Source: an uncultured Candidatus Bathyarchaeia archaeon (lineage in GTDB: Archaea > Thermoproteota > Bathyarchaeia > 40CM-2-53-6). From it: a stretch of DNA of 64,000 nt. How positions within the stretch are numbered: position 1 is the stretch's first letter; each line of letters starts with the position of its first letter. Position numbers and translations under genes: made by a program. The stretch is taken from assembly GCA_964559555.1 (NCBI GenBank), contig CAZLHM010000002.1, positions 12,238-76,237 on the forward strand, written 5' to 3'. The notes beneath the pieces were generated by a model. It was not told the DNA's origin. It made no database searches and worked only from the letters and a program-made list of their open reading frames with translations. Below are positions 8,794-17,217 of this stretch, piece after piece.

Positions 8794-9354
8794 TTGCAGA
8801 ATATTGAACATATGTTCAAAAAATTAGAATTCATCACTCCGACGCTCATGTCAGTCTTGGAGCTCTTCCTGTCTGATCCCATGCGAGAGCACCATCAGAG
8901 GGAGGTGGCAAGAAGCGCCAAGGTGAGCGTGGGCTCTGCGAACAGGATACTCAAGCTACTGGCTGATCTGGATATGCTTGCCGGACAAAGGAGGGGCAGG
9001 ATGGTGTTCTACAAGCTGAACGCTGGGGACCCGGTCGTCAGGCAGTTCAAGGCGCTGCTGAATGTCTACTCTTTGAAGCCCTTGCTCCAAGCGGCAAGGC
9101 ACCATTCCAGAAGGATACTCCTGTTCGGAAGGTCAGCCCAAGGATCCGATGTGAAGGAAAGCGACATAGACCTCTTCGTTCTCACTTCGGACAAGGGGCC
9201 AGTCAGGAGCGAGATCAGCGGATCCAACAGGAAAAGCGAGAGGAAGATTGCTCCTGTAATCGTTGACGCGAACGAATTTGTCAGGCTCAAGAGAAACGAC
9301 AGGGCTCTCTATGAGAACATCGAAAGGGGGATCACACTGTGGCAGGCAGAATGA
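8794..9354 (+). CDS. winged-HTH fused to minimal nucleotidyltransferase (MNT) domain
   Basis: LLFGRSAQGSDVKESDIDLFVL = GSx(n)DxD Pol-beta-type nucleotidyltransferase motif. N-terminal wHTH (RILKLLADLDMLAGQRRGRMVFYKL). Confidence 0.7.
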   Translation: MQNIEHMFKKLEFITPTLMSVLELFLSDPMREHHQREVARSAKVSVGSANRILKLLADLDMLAGQRRGRMVFYKLNAGDPVVRQFKALLNVYSLKPLLQAARHHSRRILLFGRSAQGSDVKESDIDLFVLTSDKGPVRSEISGSNRKSERKIAPVIVDANEFVRLKRNDRALYENIERGITLWQAE

Positions 9355-9524
9355 GCTCGGAGCTTGCCAAGCTGCTGGAGCAAAGAAAGCTGTTCAGATC
9401 CAGAATCTCTCGGGAGATGATTCAGAAGGAAACCAAAGCGGCTGAAAAGGACTTGCAGGATGCGCGCTGCCCCTTGTTCACTGATTGGCAGAGAACTCCA
9501 TCCTGCGCAGCTCTTGTGATATGA
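9339..9524 (+). pseudogene. possible truncated HEPN-like remnant downstream of the MNT gene
   Basis: The first 45 aa are helical (MAGRMSSELAKLLEQRKLFRSRISREMIQKETKAAEKDLQDA). The ORF then runs antisense into the histidine-kinase 3' end and is only 61 aa. It lies where an MNT cognate HEPN would be expected. Confidence 0.2.
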
Positions 9525-12500
9525 TGGGAATTCTCACGGTGAACGTCGATCCCTCTCCGAATGTACTTTTCGCATGAATCGAGCCACCGTGCGCTTCCAC
9601 TATGCGCTTGCTGATCGCGAGTCCGAATCCCATTCCTTTCGCCTTTGTTGTGAATAGCGGTGTCCAAAGCTTCGCTAGGGTCTCATTCGTCATGCCGATT
9701 CCCGTGTCAGCGAACGATATCTCTACTTGTCCGTCTGCCTCTCTGCTTGATATCGCGAGCGATCCGCCTTCGGGCATTGCTTCTATGGCATTCTTGATGA
9801 TATTGAGAAGCGCTCTTCGGATCTTCTCTCGATCAGCCACCAGTTTGGGGGAAGGCTTGCTCGAGTCATCTATCTGCACGTTCGATGGAACTTGGACGAG
9901 AGGTAGTGATTGCTGTACCATTGACTTGGGACTGGTCAGGGCAAGATGCAGGTGTATCTCTGCAGAGTATTCCAGGAGGTCGGTGATGACCTTATCAGAA
10001 TACTCGATGCAGTCGTCAATGACCCTTAGAGATTCCGTGATCTGTTCACCGTTCCTTGCGCCCAGTCTCGTCTTGAGTAGGTACGCTGCGCTCGCGATCC
10101 CTTGAAGTGGATTCCTGAGGTCGTGACCCACCATGGCTGCTGTTGTGCCGATCGCGGCGAGGCGTTCAGACTTGAGGAGTGCCTCTTCCATACGTTTGCG
10201 GTCGGTAATGTCCATGACAATTCCTCTCAGGCCGACAGCCTTGCCTTCGCGTAGAATGGGTGCAGCGTGCACGATTACTGGGAATGTGCTGCCGTTCTTT
10301 CTCTTGATCGTGTATTCGCTGCCGCTCACCTTCTCTCCCCTTAACAGCTTACGAATATTCTCTCTGGCCCTTTCATGATGTTCCGATGGAAACATCATGA
10401 ATGCGTTCGATCCCTCGTGGAGTTCCTTCTCAGTATAGCCGGTAGCCTCAGAGGCGATGCGGTTCACGAAGGCGATATTGCCCTCGGTATCAATCTCAAA
10501 CACGATCTGCGGCAGAAGGTCAGCCAATTCCCTGAATCTTCGTTCGCTCTCTGATAGTTCAAGGGTTCTTTCTGCAACGACTTGCTCCAAGTTTGATGAG
10601 TAGGCTCTCAGTTCCTGAGCGTGACGTTGTCTCTGCTCAAGGAGTCGCGCATTCTCGACAGCAATGGCAGCGTGATTGGCAAACAGACTCAACAACTCCA
10701 AGTCTGATTGCGTGAAGTGCTGTGACTCAGAGTAGTCGAGTACGTGGATCACTCCGGTGACTTGGCTCTGCCAGATCATGGGCACTGTGAGGACGGCTCG
10801 GAAGGGGTGCTCTTCCTCGTAGGCGATGGCTCGACCGGACCAAGTGCGATAGTCGTCGATGATCAATGGTTCTCCGGCTTCGGCCACAATCCCTGCTGCC
10901 CCCTCTCCGTACTTCAGCACAGTTCCAATGTAGTCACGAGGGGTCATGTAGCTGACAACGCAGCGAACCTCGCGTTTCTTGGGATCGCATAGATACATCC
11001 CCCCACTAGGCGCGTCAAGCAACCGAGCTGCTCGTTCGACGATCGCTTGAAGCAATGACGGTAGATCGTGTCGGCGCGTGATCTCGAGGACGGTCGCTTG
11101 AAGAGCGCTCAACTCTTCAGCTCGTGAGTGCAGTCTGTCACTCATGAGCTTACGCTCTAGGGCGTTTCCGAGAATTCCAGATGAAAACCGGAGAAGCGAG
11201 TAGTCATCCTCACTCCACCTTCTGGCCCCAACAATGTTGTCAAAACCTATGAATCCGGCCAGCTCTCCACCTACCCCGACGGGTAGTACCAGGAGCGATT
11301 TGACGTCTTGGCTCTCCAGAACACTTTTCTCAGCTGCTGCCTCGAGAGGTAGCTTTGAGACATCCTCGACGTGTATGACTTCACCCTTGCGAAGTCTTGT
11401 CATCCACCACGAGAACGTCTCACAGGGTAGATTCTGAAGATTCTCGATCTGCGGACTCACTCCGTCCGCACACCACTCATGCGTGTTGCTCATCTTGTTT
11501 CCGTCTTCGGAAAGCATGAAGACGTAGACGCGACCAGCTCCACTAAGCCTGCCCATGTCACGCAAAGATTCCTTGATGGACTCATCGATGTCGGATGCGC
11601 CCACAAATCTGGACGAGATCGTGGCAATGGTCCTTTCAAAATCGTACCTGCATGCGAGAGAGTGCTCAACCCGCTTACGTTCAGTGATATCTAGAATGAT
11701 CGCTTGGAAGCCCACGGTCTTGCCCTCCACTCTGAGTCTTGTCGGCTTTGAATAGAGGTGAAGAACACGCCCGTCTTTGTGTATCGCTCTGAACTCCAGA
11801 TCTCCGGTCTCTCTTGTTGAAGAAGCAGCTCGAAGGAAGAGTTCCATCACTCTTGTCGCATCCTCAGTGTGCAGGAAGCTCTTGAACTGGAGACCCAACA
11901 GTTCGAGAACTGAATACCCCAGCATCTTGGCGAATGCTTGATTCACATAGGTGAACTTGCCTTCCGTGTCTGTAAGCGCGATCGGTGCAGCGGTCTCTTG
12001 GACTAGGCTCCGAAACCTCTCTTCGCGTTCTCGTAAAACCCGATCAGTCTGCTTACGCCTAGTCATGTCACGCGCAACATAGAAGCTTCCAATCTGCCGT
12101 CTGCCCTCATGGAGGAGTCCGCCGCGAATCTCAAGGTTGATTCTGCCTCCAGTCTTGGTCTGGATCTCCAACTCAAGTCGCTTCACGCGCTGCCCACGAG
12201 AGATCCTCTGCAACTCGTTCTCGACAGTGGTTCGAGCTTTGGGAACCACGAAGTCCACTGGATTGCGGCCGATCAGGTCCTTGATGGTATATCCCGTCGC
12301 CTTGCATGTTGCCGGATTCACGGCGACTATTCTGTTTGAGCGGTCGAGAGCGAAGAAGAGGTCGCTGGCTTGTTCGAAATATGTGCGAAGGCGCCGATCA
12401 CTTCGCACTTGCTCCACGAGTTTCTTCCGGGTTCGATCAGAGCTCACCTGACGACGCTCGCGCGGCTTTGGAATGCTTCGTACGTGCTGTGATGAATCGG

Positions 12501-12690
12501 GGCTTCTGCGACGTTCCAATAGAGCCTCGACAGTAGCCCTCTTTCCGCTCGGAGTCCTAGTCATTTCTAGTTCCCGAGCAAGGCCTGATGCCAACCAATC
12601 TGCGAGTACAGCTCTGATCCCGCCCAGTACGGCTGCGCAAGGAAAAGATATGGGTCTGCTGTCACTCGCAGGTTTTCGGTTGAGAGACAA
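9478..12690 (-). CDS. multi-PAS/GAF sensor histidine kinase (1070 aa)
   Basis: Several PAS-like repeats. HisKA H-box VGHDLRNPL. C-terminal HATPase_c (DTGIGM...GMGFGLAISKRIVEAHGG). Confidence 0.8.
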   Translation of the reverse strand: MSLNRKPASDSRPISFPCAAVLGGIRAVLADWLASGLARELEMTRTPSGKRATVEALLERRRSPDSSQHVRSIPKPRERRQVSSDRTRKKLVEQVRSDRRLRTYFEQASDLFFALDRSNRIVAVNPATCKATGYTIKDLIGRNPVDFVVPKARTTVENELQRISRGQRVKRLELEIQTKTGGRINLEIRGGLLHEGRRQIGSFYVARDMTRRKQTDRVLREREERFRSLVQETAAPIALTDTEGKFTYVNQAFAKMLGYSVLELLGLQFKSFLHTEDATRVMELFLRAASSTRETGDLEFRAIHKDGRVLHLYSKPTRLRVEGKTVGFQAIILDITERKRVEHSLACRYDFERTIATISSRFVGASDIDESIKESLRDMGRLSGAGRVYVFMLSEDGNKMSNTHEWCADGVSPQIENLQNLPCETFSWWMTRLRKGEVIHVEDVSKLPLEAAAEKSVLESQDVKSLLVLPVGVGGELAGFIGFDNIVGARRWSEDDYSLLRFSSGILGNALERKLMSDRLHSRAEELSALQATVLEITRRHDLPSLLQAIVERAARLLDAPSGGMYLCDPKKREVRCVVSYMTPRDYIGTVLKYGEGAAGIVAEAGEPLIIDDYRTWSGRAIAYEEEHPFRAVLTVPMIWQSQVTGVIHVLDYSESQHFTQSDLELLSLFANHAAIAVENARLLEQRQRHAQELRAYSSNLEQVVAERTLELSESERRFRELADLLPQIVFEIDTEGNIAFVNRIASEATGYTEKELHEGSNAFMMFPSEHHERARENIRKLLRGEKVSGSEYTIKRKNGSTFPVIVHAAPILREGKAVGLRGIVMDITDRKRMEEALLKSERLAAIGTTAAMVGHDLRNPLQGIASAAYLLKTRLGARNGEQITESLRVIDDCIEYSDKVITDLLEYSAEIHLHLALTSPKSMVQQSLPLVQVPSNVQIDDSSKPSPKLVADREKIRRALLNIIKNAIEAMPEGGSLAISSREADGQVEISFADTGIGMTNETLAKLWTPLFTTKAKGMGFGLAISKRIVEAHGGSIHAKSTFGEGSTFTVRIPIISQELRRMEFSANQ

Positions 12691-12741
12691 TACAGATCCG
12701 CGAGAGGATCTGTGCGCTTACGTGTGACGTTGCGCCGACAG

Positions 12742-14157
12742 TTACTGCCTAGTGTCTATCACAGATCTTGAAGCGCGTGCACCCTGCATATTCTTCTCAA
12801 CAGCAGACTCTATGTATCTGCCAGCGCGCCGTTGGACTTGATTAGCGACCTCCTTCATATCGAAGGTCTTGATTTTCCTGTCCTCGACGACAACCTTCCC
12901 GTGAACGATGACTGTGTGCACAGATGATCCTGAAGCCGCCGTCACTAGGTTCGGCAACAATGAGCACTCGTACATGGGGATCCAGTCAACATTGTTCAGG
13001 TCAAAGAGAACCAAGTCAGCCAGCTTGCCCTTCGTTATCGTGCCGAGGTCATTTCTCATTCCCATCGCCTCAGCACCATTGATTGTTGCCATCTCAACGA
13101 TCTTCTCAAAAGGAAACAGTGAGGAGTCCATCCACACGTCTCTATGAATCAGGACGGCAAACATCACCCTCAGGAGATCGGTTGTGTCGAGCTCATCTGT
13201 TCCGAGGGCGATGTTCACTCCCATCTTGTACATTCTGACTATGTTGCCTTTGGAGAGGATGCCTTTGCCGTTGATTGTGGTCGAGGTGGGACAATGGGAA
13301 ACGTTTGCTCCTCTAGAGGCAACCAGCTGCATCTCGTTCTCTGAGAGCCAACCCATGTGAGCAGCTGTCAATCGTTTGCAGAGCACGCCTATCTTGTCGA
13401 GATACTCTATGTCCCGAACGTCGTGAAGTTTCACGGTCTTCTCCAGAAGTTCGCCGTGAACTCCTGCATGAGTATGCAGCGTTCCATCCAGTTCGTCCAC
13501 GATTCTTCTCGCTTCCTTTCCCAACTCTTCAGTGCTTGTTGGGACTTGCATCAGGCAGAGTCCTGCCCTGACTCGATCCAAGTAACCATTGTATGCCTTG
13601 ACGAAGTCGCGGCCGTTCCTGATCGCTTTCTCTGTGCTCTCTCTATGCTTCGGAGAGAAACCTCCTTCACCTAACGCCTGATCGTACACGTCCATTGTTA
13701 TCCGGTTCAGGTTTGCCCTCACGCCGCTCTTCTCCACGGCATCTACAGCTTTCTTCTCAAAACCTGGGAGCGGACCAGAATCCACAATCGTGGTTGTCCC
13801 AGTCAGAAGTCGGGTGCCGATGCTGAACATCGCAGAGTAGTAGAAGTCCTCCTCGTCGATGAGGTCAAAGTACCATGCGAAGTACTCTCTGAGCCAACCC
13901 ATCCACTTTGGAGGAATGAGTCCTCTCAGGTAGGCTGCGTCTAAGTGCATGTGAGTGTCAATAAAGCCCGGCATCACGAGCCTTCGTTTTCCATCTATCA
14001 CGAGATCCGCCGAGCGATACTCCGGAGCTAGGTCATCGGTCTTTCCAACATCAACTATCCGGGATCCGTCAATGGCCACACAGCCATCCCATATGACGCC
14101 TGCGCTGGGATCGTTTGTGTACACAACGGCGTTCTTCACGAGAGTGATCATAGACAC
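12742..14157 (-). CDS. amidohydrolase-superfamily hydrolase (TRZ/ATZ, cytosine/guanine-deaminase-like)
   Basis: PGFIDTHMHLD HxH metal motif. About 470 aa. Overall TIM-barrel amidohydrolase pattern. Confidence 0.75.
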   Translation of the reverse strand: MSMITLVKNAVVYTNDPSAGVIWDGCVAIDGSRIVDVGKTDDLAPEYRSADLVIDGKRRLVMPGFIDTHMHLDAAYLRGLIPPKWMGWLREYFAWYFDLIDEEDFYYSAMFSIGTRLLTGTTTIVDSGPLPGFEKKAVDAVEKSGVRANLNRITMDVYDQALGEGGFSPKHRESTEKAIRNGRDFVKAYNGYLDRVRAGLCLMQVPTSTEELGKEARRIVDELDGTLHTHAGVHGELLEKTVKLHDVRDIEYLDKIGVLCKRLTAAHMGWLSENEMQLVASRGANVSHCPTSTTINGKGILSKGNIVRMYKMGVNIALGTDELDTTDLLRVMFAVLIHRDVWMDSSLFPFEKIVEMATINGAEAMGMRNDLGTITKGKLADLVLFDLNNVDWIPMYECSLLPNLVTAASGSSVHTVIVHGKVVVEDRKIKTFDMKEVANQVQRRAGRYIESAVEKNMQGARASRSVIDTRQ

Positions 14158-15614
14158 TTCACAAACCTACCGAATCCGGGCCCTACCTGAAGGTTATCAT
14201 CTGACATCACGACCTTTCCCCTGAGCAGCGTCATGCTCGGCCATCCCTTGCCCTTCATGTTCTCGAACAGAGTGAAGTCGCCGTATGAACGCAACCAATC
14301 GGTGGTGATCTTGCCCTCTCTATCTTGGTCTATAATGGCTAGGTCTGCGTCGGAGCCGACACTGATCGTTCCCTTCTCCGGGAACAAGCCAACTATCTTA
14401 GCTGGGTTCGTGGAGACCAGCTCAGCCAACCTCTCGAGCGACAGGCCTCTCCTTCGGAATCCTTCCCAAAACATCGTGATCAGCATGGTCTGACTGCCTG
14501 TGCTGCCGGAGCCAGTGTACCATATGTTCGAAGCTGGGTCTCCGCCTGAGGATCCATCTCCCCAAACCAACTTCTCATACTTGCTGCTGACCACGTGATC
14601 TGTACCTATCGAATCAATGCAGCCATCCACTATTCCTGCCCACAGTGCCTCTCTGTCCGACTCGTGCCGTAGAGGTGGGTTCAGCTTGCCGAGATAGCCT
14701 GCCCGAGCCGGATCAATCATTAGATATTGCGGGCAGACCTCAACAGTCAGTCTGGCTCCATCTCTTCTTGCGGCCACGACTTGCTCGAGACCTTCCTTCG
14801 ATGTCAAGTGGACAATGTGAATTCGTGACCCCACAATCCTCGACAGAAACGAGTATCTTTGCACATGTTCGGCTTCAAGGAATCCAGGCAGGGTTTCGCT
14901 CCACGCCTCAGGGTCAGTTCTCCCGGATGCCTTCACGCGTTCGGCAAACAGTCTGGAGATCTCAGTGTTTTCGCAGTGAATCAGCAGAACGGCTTTGTTA
15001 GTCTTCGCGACGTTCTCCAATGCCCGGAAAGCTAGGCGATCATCGTAGGACACCGGGAGCGCCATTCGTCGAGCCCATCTTGCTCCCATCGGATGATCTG
15101 CCACGTTCTTCAAGTTCCCATGATACTTGAAGGCAGAAACACCGAGCTTCTCAACGTAGTCAGGTATCTCTTCGGCGTGTTGCATCGAGTTGAGGGTGAA
15201 GATGAAGAGGAAATCGCAGCTCGAGTTCTGCTCCGCTGCTGTCCTACCCGATTCGAAGGCATCAAACCAAGACACGACATCAGCGGGGTCTGTATCCTCT
15301 TTGAAAGGTTGGCCCATCCTAGGGGCTCGGACTATGCCACCGATAGTTGTGACGCCACCAAGCAGGGCGCCAGGTGTCTCCGTTCTGAAGTCGTCGCCTA
15401 ACGCATGTTTTCCTCCGGGATGTGTGTGAATATCTATGGCTCCGGGAAGAACGAGTTTTCCCTTGAGATCTATCACATCGCTGGCGGTGGGCAGATGCGC
15501 GTCCTTCGCAACTGCTGTTATCTTGCCTTCTTCAATACCAACCCCGCCATGAACTACGCCAAAGGGAGTTACGAGTTCTCCATTCTTCAGAACAAGGTCG
15601 ATCAGTTGAGGCAT
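14148..15614 (-). CDS. cyclic amidohydrolase (hydantoinase/dihydropyrimidinase/allantoinase-like)
   Basis: N-terminal LPGAIDIHTHPGG (DxHxH) and the length are typical of D-hydantoinase/dihydropyrimidinase. Overlaps the downstream amidohydrolase gene by 10 nt. Confidence 0.7.
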   Translation of the reverse strand: MPQLIDLVLKNGELVTPFGVVHGGVGIEEGKITAVAKDAHLPTASDVIDLKGKLVLPGAIDIHTHPGGKHALGDDFRTETPGALLGGVTTIGGIVRAPRMGQPFKEDTDPADVVSWFDAFESGRTAAEQNSSCDFLFIFTLNSMQHAEEIPDYVEKLGVSAFKYHGNLKNVADHPMGARWARRMALPVSYDDRLAFRALENVAKTNKAVLLIHCENTEISRLFAERVKASGRTDPEAWSETLPGFLEAEHVQRYSFLSRIVGSRIHIVHLTSKEGLEQVVAARRDGARLTVEVCPQYLMIDPARAGYLGKLNPPLRHESDREALWAGIVDGCIDSIGTDHVVSSKYEKLVWGDGSSGGDPASNIWYTGSGSTGSQTMLITMFWEGFRRRGLSLERLAELVSTNPAKIVGLFPEKGTISVGSDADLAIIDQDREGKITTDWLRSYGDFTLFENMKGKGWPSMTLLRGKVVMSDDNLQVGPGFGRFVKCL

Positions 15615-15760
15615 TCCCCTTCTGCTTCGAATCAGAGTCTGGCCTACGGAGGCTGCAAATAAAGCCTCATCATTCTTCGAGCAGACGCTTCAACTTCTAG
15701 GCGTGCTGTGACTAGAGAGCCTCTGTTGCATGAATTCCCTCAGGACGTGCTCGCCGCACG

Positions 15761-16237
15761 TTAGCTCGACTGGATCTCTCTCAACTTCTGACTTGCCTTG
15801 AGGACTGCGTTAGTCGCGGCATAGTAGGTGCCGCACCTGCATAGGTTTCCCGCCAGAGCCTCCTGTACGTCTTCGCGGCTCGGCTTAGGTTTCTCTTTCA
15901 GCAGTGCGTAGGCGGACAGGATCATGCCAGGCGTGCAGTAGCCGCAATGGGCGGCGTCCTCTTCGATGAACGCCTCCTGAATCGGGTGAAGCTTGTCATC
16001 CTCCACAAGCCCTTCAATCGTGAGAACATCAGATCCGTCTACCTCTGCAGTGAACACCAAGCATGAATTCACCGCTCTCCCGTCCAAGAGAACCGTGCAC
16101 GCACCACAGTCTCCTGTCCTGCAGACATCTTTGCTTCCAGTGAGTCCTAGTCTCGTTCTAAGGGTGTCAAGCAGAACCTCGTTCGGTGGCACATCTAAGG
16201 AGATCGAATCGCCATTGACGCTCATCTGGACGTTCAT
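15761..16237 (-). CDS. [2Fe-2S] small subunit of xanthine-dehydrogenase-family molybdenum hydroxylase
   Basis: CRTGDCGACTV and CGYCTPG cysteine motifs. Start moved to the internal MNVQMSVNG Met, which lies 1 nt after the upstream subunit stop. Confidence 0.8.
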   Translation of the reverse strand: MNVQMSVNGDSISLDVPPNEVLLDTLRTRLGLTGSKDVCRTGDCGACTVLLDGRAVNSCLVFTAEVDGSDVLTIEGLVEDDKLHPIQEAFIEEDAAHCGYCTPGMILSAYALLKEKPKPSREDVQEALAGNLCRCGTYYAATNAVLKASQKLREIQSS

Positions 16238-16238
16238 G

Positions 16239-17111
16239 TCAACCACCGCGAGCTCTCTCAAGCGCTCGGGCGAAAGCAGACCTGACAAGCGCTTTCACCG
16301 CGCTCTTTCTGTATTCTGCTGTGGCTCTCACATCAGTTACGGGGACGGCTTCGTCCGAAGCCATTGAAGCCACCGAGTCAAGAAGGGCTGCACTAGGTTC
16401 CTTTCCACTCAACATCTTCTCAGCTTGAAGCGCTCTCATGGGCATGGGAGCGACGCTGCCGAGAGCTATTCGCCCTTCAGAGATCTTGGATCCCGAGATC
16501 TTTAGCAGGACAGCCGCAGAAGCAACGGATATGTCCTCTCCGTTCGTTCGACCGAGTTTCTCGAATGATGAGCCGCCCTCTTGAGGGCGGAATGCAACTT
16601 CCTTCAGCACCTCAGCCTTTTCTAGCGCTGTCTTTCCCGGACCTAGAAAGAAATCCTTCAAGGGGATTGTCCTGCCCGTTCCTTGCCGGATTGTCTCAAC
16701 TGAAGCGTTCAACACGAGAAGAGGGGGAGCTGAGTCGGCCGCAGGACTTGCGTTGCATAGGTTTCCTCCGATTGTAGCTCGATTCCTTATCTGGACTGAT
16801 CCGATCTGTGAGAGAGCCTCATGGAGGCAAGGTGCTCTTGTGCAAACCAACTCTGATCTCTGTGCGTCGATGATCTTGGTCAGAGCCCCGATTCTAACTA
16901 ATCCGTCCTTGATCGTTACGTAGCTCAGTTCCTTTCCAAGGTTTCTCAAGGAGACGACGTTCGCAGGTCTGAATCCCTTCAGTCTCGCTGCTGGAATGAA
17001 ATCCGTGCCCCCCGCGATAAGACTGGGCGAATCAAGTCTTCCTAGTAGGTTCAGCAATTCTGGAATCGTGTCTGGAGCGTAGTAGTCGAACGCTGGTACG
17101 GTGGCTCTCAT
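16239..17111 (-). CDS. FAD-binding medium subunit of molybdenum hydroxylase (CoxM/XdhB-like)
   Basis: LIAGGTDFIP motif. About 290 aa. Confidence 0.8.
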   Translation of the reverse strand: MRATVPAFDYYAPDTIPELLNLLGRLDSPSLIAGGTDFIPAARLKGFRPANVVSLRNLGKELSYVTIKDGLVRIGALTKIIDAQRSELVCTRAPCLHEALSQIGSVQIRNRATIGGNLCNASPAADSAPPLLVLNASVETIRQGTGRTIPLKDFFLGPGKTALEKAEVLKEVAFRPQEGGSSFEKLGRTNGEDISVASAAVLLKISGSKISEGRIALGSVAPMPMRALQAEKMLSGKEPSAALLDSVASMASDEAVPVTDVRATAEYRKSAVKALVRSAFARALERARGG

Positions 17112-17217
17112 GCAGCGTGAGGGGTTTTGTGGGCGCTATTAAGCCTTTGATTCGATGCGACCAGTGATCAGGTACTGTAAATTCTCTTATAGTCGATGAC
17201 GACGAAGTGGACGCGCC

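Noticed and set aside
5180-9480. Integrase-mediated genomic island with att duplication of the tRNA 3' end
   Set aside because: No integrase or recombinase ORF in the block. No copy of the tRNA 3'-terminal CCCTCCGGACCCG found at the distal edge. Reported only as a possible degraded island.
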